Source: Catajapyx aquilonaris (lineage: Eukaryota). Taken from it: a stretch of DNA of 64,000 nucleotides. The notes beneath the pieces were generated by a model. That model made no database searches and was not told where the DNA came from. It saw only the letters and a program-made list of their open reading frames with translations. Shown one piece after another: positions 12,601-24,600 of this stretch (the stretch's first letter is position 1; every line of letters begins with the position of its first letter). The stretch covers positions 1 to 64,000 of the forward strand of contig KZ538026.1 of the NCBI GenBank assembly GCA_000934665.2, in the 5' to 3' direction. The position numbers and the translations under genes are program-made.

Positions 12601-15600
12601 GTGACAAACTGGTCTGGACACGCGACACTTACAATAAAAAACAAGCTGCAGGGGATATATACAATATAGAGAGTGACACGCATTTCGTACTGACCTCCAA
12701 GTGGGAAGAATTTGGCGTAAATGTCCTTGAAGGTTTCCTCCGAGATGATTCCAGTGGGACATTCCTGCTTGAAGGCTCGGTAGACGAACTGGATCTCCTT
12801 CTTGGAGAATTTGGTCGATTTGCAAAGAGAGTCCAGGCCGTCTGGCCGGTACCGGGCAGGGGCCAGTTCCATATCTTCCAGTTCCGTGTCTGAAACACAT
12901 CGGGAAAAAAAGCACAATTAGTTGAAAAAAATTTAAACACATTTCTGTATATCTCAAAATTTGGTTCATTTTAATTGAAATAAATCCATATTTCAATCCC
13001 CCTAAATAAACAAGGTCGGATAGTATACTGTCACCAAAATTATTTTTCTTTAATTTCAACATATGTTGAAAGAGTGTAAACGACTCAATAATCCGACTTG
13101 ACCAAATGCGATCAAAGTGATCGATGCGTGCCCTTGATGTTACTATTCATTCATTTATTTAAAAAAAAACAACGAGACACGCGTGTGCCCGAGTTTCAAG
13201 TGCAGGGACACACATCAATAGCATTAAAAATTAAAGGTAGGCCGTTGCCATCGCCACAAATGCCGATCCGGTTCTATGATTGGACACGCAAACTTTACTT
13301 CCTTGAATCGGATATATTCAGCAGCAGGGGAGGACGCCCTTGGCCTTTCTTTCCTTGCCACTCTTTATTGCCTTCAGCCATCATTGAAAGGAAAATATCG
13401 GACACGCTTCGATGTGCACAATTAAGCCTTGCATCAAACTACTGATAAACCCAGGCATACAAGTGCGCTGTGTTTTTTTTGGGGGAGCTCGGTTGTTGTT
13501 TTATTAACGGAGAATAGAGCAGTCAACCAGGCGGGCAGGCACTCTTTGTTTTTGCTTCCATACTCCCCGTGATTACTGCCAATTAATTATTATGCAGCTA
13601 AAAATTGGCTATCAATTAAAGGAGCGCGGGTTCACATAAAAAAAAGATGTTAACTGACGCGTGCTTCGGTTAATCCACCATAGTTTATCAGGAATGCGGG
13701 CAAAATGTACAGTGCGGATTGCTCAACTATTCGTGCCGTAATTAAATGGCATGCAATTGAAAATCCACTTGCATAGTTTTTGATCGATGTGGCTGGCTAG
13801 ATCTTCAAGCACAATTTTCCTTCTCTCTCTCTCTTTCAGCAACATGCTAATAAATGAAGAAATGCATCAGGGCAGAAAGTAATCTCCTTTTGCTGAGTAA
13901 GCTTCCTAATTCAAATCTTTCCCGCAGACTTCTTCGCGGCATGCAATTAGACCAGCTTATTATAAGAGTCTGCACAATTTCTTTCTTTCTTTCTTTTTTT
14001 TCTTCAACATTATTTCGCTCAGTTGTCTTCCCTCCGGATTATCTCCGGAGCGGAAGAAAATAATCACAAGCGTTCAAGTGCACTTTTGTCGGCATTGCGC
14101 ACAGTGTGTACATAGGTCTTACAGCATGCACGAAATCCAACCGGTCGTATTGATGTTCGCAACCCCCGAAATTCGGAGTACACAGAAGATTACAGCACAC
14201 ATGAGGGTTTGCGATACGGGAGAAACCAAAATTCCGGCTGCCACTTTGACTAAAAGGGGGGGCCATTTAAAAGCCCTACCCAATTTGCATTCACACTAAC
14301 GAGAGTGTGATCAAAGCGATTAAGCACACCCATTTTAGGAAGGAGAAAAGGCGGGCTTGATCACACGAGTTCACACTAAAAAAAGTTGGTCAGAATCATT
14401 ATGAAACACCCTGTACAACAGTGCGGTGGCGATTTCCAGAAGAGTGCAAATGGATGGGAAGAAAAGTTGCTTCGAATGCCCGTACCGTCCTGAATATATT
14501 ACCACAGCTGCGTTTTTTCTCATTTGAAAAAAAAGAGGGACCGAAAAAAGTCAAAAAAAGTTGGCTTAAACTCTGATGCCCCCGACGGCCCCCGCGAGGA
14601 CAATAAAGAAGAGGAAATTGGGTGCATTTTCTTTTTCGGAGAATCCTCAGAGTGGGACTGAGACCCCCAAGTCGACGAAAAGAAAGAATTTAAAGAAATG
14701 GCCCAGCCCCGCACTTTTCTTCCAGTTATTGCAGACCGTTTATGCAATCAACAGGAAGATTTCGCAAAATGCACAAAAAAAAATCCAATCGCATTGGCTT
14801 CACTTTTCGTGATCTACGGACCACTGTGACGTAAAAATTAGTGAAGAGCACAGTGCGTGATAGTGTTTAAAATAGAACCAGTGTGTGTGTCGCCACGGAG
14901 TCAACTTATGCCCTTTGTACCAATCAGCACGTACACCTATAGAGAGTCTCGGTGGTTATGACAACAGGATCGATGTCGTTTGCAGGTAAACACTAAGCAG
15001 AACATTTTTTGGAACATGTTTAGCTGCTAAAGTACGCTGAACCTATGCCAGAAAACTCGCCCAACAATTGAATGTAGGCTACTCACAGTCAGTCAGACGA
15101 TAATTAACCTAATTATGCTTCTATTGTGTTGCAATTGCGTGTTGCCATTGCCACACCCTGCCTACTGCAAGTGACATTATTAAAACAGCCAGTGTATGTC
15201 CAGTGTTCCAGCACTATAAAGGGTGGGGGGGGGGGGGGAAGGGATTGTAGAGCAAATGATTCACTTTCCTGTCCCGTAGGAAAGGTAAACATGGTCTCAA
15301 AAGCCCAGTAGGGGAAGAATCTCTGGAATCTCCTTCTGGGTAAACTTCATTACCCATCTGGGGAGGAATCACCTTGCGAGTAGAGATCCGGCCCCTTCTT
15401 CAACACCCCCTTTGCCCCTGGCATCACAGAGCCCCCCCTTTTATTCAGTGGATCCGCTCACGTGCAACATTAATTGCTTCTTGCTCTCCATCTTTGTCTG
15501 TGCTCACTTGAAGTGAAGCCAGCAACTTCCAAAAAGCAATACCCCAAGTTGGCTGAACACACAATGTTGCCAACAGAAAGTTCTAATGTAAATTAACTCG

Positions 15601-18600
15601 CATTTTCCCCCCCAAAAGCTGATCGCATTGGAGCCAAATCAATTCTGCCATTGCGCTAACGAGTGGCCATTATTTGCACTCTCAAGTTGTCGGCGCCGCT
15701 TGTTCAAACCTGCCCGGCGCAATTACATATAGGTTCCGACTTTGTAATCAGGCCGGACAACAAGTGGTGCAGGATATGCGCAACAGATAAAACCCGCGTC
15801 GATGTTTATCGGGTTAAAGACATGAATATGTACGAAACGAATTCTGCGCATCCGAACCCAACGGAATTAAAAGCTGGTCAGCATTTTTGTGCGCGTTTGT
15901 GTGGAGTGGAAATTTCGAGGGGTATGCGGACCACAACATCACCAGGCTAACATTGTAATTTCGGCTGACACAGTGGACCAACCCCGCACCCACTTTTTTT
16001 TAGGCCTTTCCGATGCGATTATGCCCTTTAATTATACACTTGACAAGAACAATTTAATGATTAGCCGGTAATGACATGAATAGTGTCACCTCCCATTCCG
16101 GGATTAATCATGTACGACAGTGTACATCAGGTTGACGGTCTGCTCAGCTGTACGTATCTCAACGGATCGGAAAATGTGGGTTTAATTAATTAATAATAAT
16201 GTAATACCACGCGGCCAAAATGACAATGTGAAGTAGGGCGCGCGGAAATGAAAAAAAGCCATATTTTTTCGCACTCCCCATTTTTCGAGAATATTGCGTG
16301 CAATTTTGGCAACGGATGCTCATTGGACCCAGGACGAAATTAAACGGCCATTTCATTGCACCAACCAACCCACTTCCCTTGTTCAAGACCCGCATGAAAA
16401 CAACAAGAAGGCAATAAATCTACCTCTCGCGATAAAAGAGACCTTTTTTCTGCACTGGGAGGGAGGGGGGGGGGAGGTGTTTTACAACATGAACTGCCAT
16501 TTCCCTTTGCTCCCATTCACAACAACACCCGGCCTATTTACTCGGATAATTTATTACTCTGCTGGACTGGTGTACAAAAGCAAATCACTGGAACACTCAA
16601 AATGAGAGGAATCTTCATTATAATCGACACACGCATTCCTCATTTTCGTTATAAAAAAATGCGAATAAAGTTCGAATCTAAGAAGCGAATTGACGCAAAT
16701 TGGCACTAAACGATTCCGTAGAAAGTAAGTCAATTGGGTGCAGACCCTATAGAGTATAGAGAGAGTGAAAGTCATATCATGCACGGTACTTTCCGCAAAT
16801 AATTTAATGTAGACCACATGTGACAGACACGATCTGAAGGATAAATCATGGAGCGAAAAAAATCAGTCAACGTGAAAAACGACTAAAGATATTTTCCCGA
16901 GACAAAGTGTAGGGGTAATCAATGTTCCTGATGTACTCGAAGTACCAGGCCCAGCTTTTGATTTTAATCACCTGTTTACGACGCAATTAAGTGCGCTCCT
17001 CCGTCTGCCCGAGTGTGATTAATTCCTAAGTGAAACTCAATACAGCTTTAACATGAGGGTGTAGTGAGGCGTTTTCTTGAAGAGGCTGCTCCAGATTGAT
17101 AGATGGGCTTTCCTGTGTCGAGGCCGTTTCTTCAAGAAAGTACTAAGGGGGAGGTCTATTTCCTCCCACCCTTTTCATGTGGTAAATAACGCAAAAAAAA
17201 GAGAGAGGAAAGAACAAGATAAGAGACGATGGATACATCACATAAATCATTGCGTTTTCAATCCGGACACCTCCCTTTACAAAAGGCTCCTTGAAAGAAA
17301 AATAAGGATCGAGTAGTTTGATAGGCGTCGCAGAAAAAAATAAATTAAGCAACATATACATTGAAAGCAGCACCTCCTTTAAGTGTGTTTATTTTTGCGG
17401 CATTCCAAGTGATCCGGGCCCATCCTGATCGAATAGTCTATCTTCCTTCAGACTCGGAACTTGTTTCGCAGCCTCAAATAGCTCTTGGGGATTCCAGTCA
17501 CCTCTTTTCATCCTCTCAACGCATTTCCCCCAAACTTGGCTTTTGGGGAATGCGGGGATCGGTCAAAGAGGGTAGTGCAAAAAAGGTAGTTCACACCTCT
17601 CTTTTTTTAAAAAGTCGTACCTCAGCAGTTGCTCGGTTACGTCTCCAAGGAAGTGTGATGGAGAAGCTTAGTGTCCGAGTTCCAATGCGACTCGGTTACC
17701 AAGCAGATTCGGATTCGAAAAACACGAGGGGGGCATCAGTATGATGGACCGACCTAAAGGTTCGATCACCACCTACTAAGCAGTTGGAACACGATCAGGT
17801 TTCTGGGCAGCAATTTAGGTCATACTTCATGAGATAACCAAGATATTTTTATGAGATCAATTTGAAGGGAGGGCACCATTATTCACCAAATTGTGCCAGT
17901 GAAAATTATGCCACTCTAAAAATCGAGCGCAATCGGCCTCTGATGTGACAATCAACAATCAAAAATTTCCGGATGGTCCAATCGTGCGTTCATGTGCAAT
18001 ACGTAGATATTGCACGTTTACAGCAGTTCATACACCTATCATGCACCAACAGCACCACAAAAAAACATTACTGCCTGATGTAAAAATATGCGTCCCCTGT
18101 ACGTGGCAACGAGCGGAATAATAATCTTGGCATGTAAAAAAAAATACGTTGGCCGCCTAATTTGCATAAGGCGTGTACAGTAATAAGGACCGCATAAAAA
18201 TTCTACCAGTGACGACTGCTCATTACCGCCAAAAGAGATCTAGAGATATTATTAGCACGAGAGTATGGCGCTCCAGCTTAAGTGTATTCCGCATCAAGTA
18301 CCGGGCACTTTAAAAGTGGCAGAATAATTAATTAATTTCGTCCGCAAAAAAAAACTTTTTTTCCCCTACCAAAAATCGATGCAATTTCCCCCATCCTCAA
18401 AGCATCGGTTTAAAAAGTTTTGTCGCTTCGGATCCGGCGATACCCACAGAATGTATAAACTGTGGCTTTAATTGCGGATTACCACTTTAGGTCCTCCTTT
18501 TTCTCATCGATCAACTGGGAAGCATCTGCAAGCCGGCGTTGTTATAATGATCCGGTTTCATGCACTGCATCTTGATGTATCACCCCAGCAGGGTTTTCCT

Positions 18601-21600
18601 TACCAGGACACTCTCAAAACCGACAAATTGAATGCAAAAAAAAAGAGTGAGCTAATAAAGTTTACGGCCGCATTATGGCGACGTGTTGGCGTTGCCGTGA
18701 CGTGTTAAAGCCAAGGGAAGTTAACGTCAAACGTTTCTTTTTTTCGGTATACGCAAAAACTGTGGGCCATCGCTGAATTCAACTTCTAAGGTGAAATCGG
18801 GTGTGCAAATTTTTTTTGTTCGGTCTTCCATCATCATCGAGGCTTTTCCGTCTGCTCATTCGCCATTTTTTTTCCTCCCCAACGAACATGCTCCGGGTGA
18901 AGAAAAAAAATTGAGATGATTACGAAAATATGGCTGGACTGGCCTGGCAACACCCGGTTACTGCTGTGCAAACTGCCGAAAAATGTGAGATTGGATGGGG
19001 GCCACAGGCTGTGTAGACTCGTAGGGTAAAAAATTCAAGATGTAGTTATCACCATTAGGAAGATGCTGCCAGGGTATGACATGTGTATTAACTAGCTTTT
19101 TCGTCCTGATGTGACACTGCAGGTATGACCTAATTACTGTGAAATAATTAAAAAGTGAATAGAATTAGAAACTCATTTCTCTTCAAGAAAATTTCTATTC
19201 TGAATCCACACAGTTAAGGAAGTTTCCTCTGCCCCTTATGGGAATCCTTGATTGCTAATTACTTGGAAAGAGCAATTATGATGCAGCAGGTGCGAAGGAC
19301 CAGGTGGGGATAACAGTTTCTCTGAAAGTTATGCGCGTGCAAAACAAGTGACAATTTTTTTTCGCTCTGTATTTGATGATGAAGGATGTAATTTTCAGCC
19401 GTTGAAATATGCGCACGCAATGTGCAGCCATTAGAATGCGTTTCGTGGACTCCAGCGTCCATCAAGCAAGATTTTCGCGGCAGAGGCGTTCAGAATATTC
19501 GCATGTTCTCACGGAAATTTGGACCGGGCTCATTCAGTGGGAAAAGGCTATATACGGAAGCAAGGATGGTTTTAAAGCAGACAGCGTCCAGCAGCACCAG
19601 TTTTCTGACTGCTAACGACATTTTCCATACTTGCCAATTTGGCGTGTTTCACGCTACTGCGGATCCTGCAGGAGGATTATACTGGCAAAATCTATTTAGC
19701 GTTTCAGGATGAAAATTGACTCGTGCTTGAAGACTTTTTTCGTTTCAAAAAAGTTCCGTAACTGTACAGAGGAAATCCCCACTTGGGGGAGGAGCGGTAT
19801 AAAAAAAATGGCCAGCTGTGACAAGAGTCTGCGAAATTGATCGAGCGTTTCGCATATTTTTTTTGGATCTCCCATTCGCTCCAATCTGCGCCTCGTTTGA
19901 TGAACGGCTTAATCCCTAGTTCCACTAATCGAATTAACAAACAAGCGTTTTGCTTACAGAGCATCGCCCCCTCCTCTTGGAAAATTGATCAGGATATGCC
20001 CTCGATTTCTGCGGTGGTTCAACCCCCTTCTCTTGTGTTTAGAGGGGATTGAATAACAAGAGGTATAGATATCCGCAAAATCCCTTCGAGACTTGTACCT
20101 CCCAGCCCCTCCTCAAACCCTGATTTCATTTGCTACTTCCGTCAGTCCAGCAGCCGAAGGTTCTGCTCCAGATATTGAAGGTATAGGGAATTGGAAGCTA
20201 CACCATTTTCTTTTTCCAAGAGAAATCCATCCTCCCTAAGGGGGTTGGGACGGAAAAAAAATCCCGGATATTGCCATGGAAATTCTTCATCTTGATTGAC
20301 ACTTACCCCCATTTCCCCATCCACAAAGTCCTGAATATTTTTACCTCCGCCTGATTAATGATGTAGTCGAAGGCATATGAAAAAAGATGAGCCCGAATAT
20401 TTTTTTATATAACAAAAACATGGTTCAATAAGGCGGAAAAGCCAATTTTCCAATCGGTCACATTGTTGCGAGTTTGAATGCCTCGTTTTTTTTAAAAAAA
20501 TAATTAAATTATAACGGTAAACATGTTTACCAATAAGACGCCCATTAATGAAATCGACTGACCCATAACTATATTCCCAATAGTTTGCGGGGTCGCCCAA
20601 TCTAGGTCATGTCCTTGTAATGGAAGAAAATTCCTATATATGCAGTTGCGATTTTCTGAAGCTAAGAACCGATATAAAAAAAATGAAGGGGAAAAAAAAT
20701 CCATCCAACCCTCGGCACATTAGTATCAAGCTCAGCGTTTTCAACCGAGGCTTTTCCTCTCGTCTTTGAAAAGGAAACTTTAACGCGAGGAATCTACTCA
20801 ACCATTCACAAACAGGATGTGCCTCCTAAGCGCATCTCTTGTTAGAGGTATACCGCAGTACAGGCTGCTTACTAAATACAGTCAGTCATACTATAAAGTG
20901 TTGCTCGTTGTATCAGTATTCAGTTGGCTACTAAGCCCATCAGGTGTGGAAAATATCCAATTACTTTTTTCCCCCCATGGTTTAATCCCAGAGGCGATTT
21001 TCCTGGGGGGTAATGTGCCAAAAATATTAATTAATCTACTATGCGAGGGAATTTCCAACATCAGTGCCAGTTGGTCCCACAGTGGGGTGTGTTCTATATA
21101 GATATCTGATCGGCCAAAGTTTATAGCGCTCACATCCCGCATAAACTATCAGAGAAGCCGTCTCGGAAAGTTCTCTCAAGCAAGATGGGTTATCGCTCCA
21201 TGTTAGCCTGAGCGCCCTGTACATTTTCATATAATTTCCTAGGCGGTAATAGGACCCCAACGGTTTAAGTCAAGATCGGCTGCCAAGCCGGGCATTTGTA
21301 ATTAGTTTCTAAAGGGTTCAGTTCACAAAATCCTCATTAAAACCGAGTTAGAGACAAACCCCTCAAAGTGTGCTGCGTTTGCAATAATAATAATAATAAT
21401 GCTAATCCGTTATTGTTAGGTGACGGGAAGAAAGGCGCAAAAAAATTTGGCGACACAAAGGCAATTTCGGATGTGACACTTTCCAGTACATTACGAAGAC
21501 ACTTCATCAAGGCGATTTCAATTCGCTGCTGTCGCATGCAGCTTATTTAGTGCCAACTAATGACTGGGGCATTAATCAATCGCGTCGGATATGCGACAAC

Positions 21601-24600
21601 ATTAGCAGGCTTGGTAACCGGGGGGAGGAGAGACAAGTCAGATGTGCAAAAAAAAAATGGCGAGAAATGATAGATGACGTGCTTTTGCATCCGCCTACAG
21701 ATCAAGTTCAGCTGGCGAACATGTGCTTCGTTTCTATCATTTCCAATCAATTATTACTGTCAACATCGCCCCAGAGTTAATTCTTGCAGCGTCACGGTTC
21801 TGATAGCACTTTTTTTTTGCATTCGTCGCGGAAAAACGGAAGCAAACATCCGGCCAAATTCGTCGTTTGCAATCAACGCGAACCAATTTGCATCATGCCT
21901 ACAAAGAAAGTCCTCTCATGAAGAATTCCGTTTCAGCAGCCTGTTCGATCCAGCGAGGGTTAAAATGCAAAACCAGACTTATTCGTACCCATCTGCAACA
22001 AAGGAGAACTATAGCAGAGAGAGAGAGAGAGAGAGAAAAAAGGAAATGTAAAAAAAAGAGGCCGGAATGAGGCCAGGAAATAAGAGAAAATGCCAAAAAC
22101 GATAATGTTAATGTCGCCTTCAAAGGGTGCAATTGGAAATCGAAAGGCTTTGAAGGAAGAAAAAAAACACCGCACTGGCAACACACTTCAAAACCACTGT
22201 ATCAGTTTTACTGAACTGAATAAAAAAAAGGAGTCACGTTTTACACAACTTTCAATATATAGTTTCGGAAGGGCTGTGAATCGTGCGGATACATTTTCCA
22301 TGACACTGACGCATCATACTTCAAACAAAAGCTCAGTTTGCAGGGCTCCATTTGCTCAGAGGATATACATACATTCAGGGACCAGAGTTCAGGCACCCCA
22401 ATTAGGAAAATGTATTGGTTCAATATTCATGCAGATCGTTTCATCTATGGAAAAAATTGAGAGAGGTGGACACGCAAAAAAAAAAATCTGTGTCACTCAG
22501 CGGTATTATTTCGCCTCTGGTCAAGTTCTAATGTGAAAAACGCAATCATCGAATGAAAAGTTCATCCAAATTTGAAAAAAAAAATTATTCGCAATGTTAC
22601 CCAATATCATAAAAATCAAATACAGCAGGATCTACTTAACTGGTATTTGCATGAAATTGGCGAATTTTTTTACTGCCAATATGAACACCGTTTAATCGGT
22701 CGAATAGCTGGTGTTGATGCAATTTGCAATTTTTCCTCTTACTTTTAGGAGAGACTGACCAGGAACATGTTTCTTAAACATCTCTGGGGGCCCATGCATT
22801 TTTTGGCTTCTTTCGTCCAATACATCAGTGGCTCTGAAGACGTAAATGCCACGCGGGGGTCCGCAAAAATGTAAATGTTTACAGGGAGACATCTGGAAAT
22901 GCGGTCAACACATCATCCTAGAAACATTCGAGGCATAACTTTTCATCCCTGGGCTTTACTATACCGGAGGCCACCTGTGGGTACATCTGTTCACATAAAT
23001 TGCCAAAAATGTCTCCCCATCGGTGGTTTTGCCCTCCCCCAAAAAAAGAAGGAAAAAAAACTTGGGGGAGGGATAAAAAGAAAAAGCCTCTTACGCCGAC
23101 AGCTAATCTATTGCGAGGGTTCAAACAGAGAAAAAAGTACGAAAAACTACTGGGCTTGGGCGAAAAGTTTTTGACCTTTTACACGGGTTTCCTCTTTGCA
23201 TGATCCGAACTTTCAGGCTTTTTTCTCAGAGAGAACCTGGAACTCCCGGAGAGAAAAAAAACATGTGACAGAGAGAAAACAGACCACCGAAAAAGAACTT
23301 GCGGGCTTGAAGCATATGTCGCAATTACTGACGGTGACGCGTCACGAAATTGGCGCATCGCTATTGGCGATGGAAATAAAATTATGCAAAGTATGTGGAA
23401 ATGGCATCAGTATTACACACAGTGGATGGGTAATTTACACTGAACAGGACATTTCAGGCTAGAAAAGTAGCACCTAATTGCATTACTGGAATATCTAACA
23501 AGTATTTGTGTAGCATCTAATCTAGTAAAACTGCTGGATAATTTTTGAAGTTAAAGTTAACGATAATTGCATCCGTGCCACACATTTTTCGATGGTGATG
23601 TAGACGCGTTCATCATCCTGCAAATCCTTGGCACTAAAAACTGTTCATGTGCGAACCTTCTGGAGGCATATGACACCATAATGGCTGCCATAAAAGTGGT
23701 GGGGAGGATCCCTGTCTTCATCTGGCACAAAAAAAAATCTAGAAAGAATAATGCTTAAAAAACTGTACCCGCAGAAGTTAGGCATCCCTGGCATAAAATG
23801 GAAGGAACGCAAAATATTTCGCGTTCCACAAAACCCAGTTTCTGTGCACTAAAACTGCCTCAAAGAACAGCCTCTGCCTTTCACATCGCTCTAACAAAGG
23901 AATGTCATTTTTTTGAAATACTTTAAAAAAGGTACATTTTTCTTCCATCCCTTGAAGCCCGGCCTATCACTGAAAGAGCCGGAGTTTGCAACAGGTCTCT
24001 TTTCCAAGCCCGCATTTTGTCCCCCCTTCAATTAACGCGCCTTATGGTTTGCTTCTAACCGCACATTCACATTAAAAACCAGGATGGTAAAGAGTTGGGA
24101 GCGAAGTCTTTTTCATACCCAGGACGACTCGAGGCCATTTTTGTGCAAAACTGCTTCATAATGCTAACATTTTGTAGCAATGGATGGGGGGAAAAAAATG
24201 AGCTCTTGTGAATTAGCTCAGGGCTGAGTGAGCACTAATGGGCGGTGGAGATAACAGCCGAATGGAAACTGCTGATTATAGCTTCAATAGTTAGGAGGCT
24301 GTTGCACCGGGTGTTTCATAGTAATTTTCTGGGGGGTTCATCCAAATTTGATCGACCTTGGTCTACTTTTGAGGGCAGAGTGGTAAGTCGAGAAGCGTCG
24401 AGAAAATTGCACGCACATGCTGTATTCAAATCCCGGGCAAGCAATCCCCCTGAACCATTTATTCCAGTTTGGAGTTCCTCCCAGAAGGCTGGCTTGCTGT
24501 GCTCCGCTGCCTGGAAGTTTGTATCCAACTGAGAGAAAATCAATGCAAACCTACCCCAACCCTCCCTCCCTCTCTCTTTCCTCGTCTTGACAGATAAAAT

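Noticed and set aside
9538..13062. Long ORFs 9538-10074, 9927-10142, 12573-12893, 12592-13062 and 12629-12940
   Set aside because: They are alternative-frame or antisense shadows of GC-rich KChIP exons.
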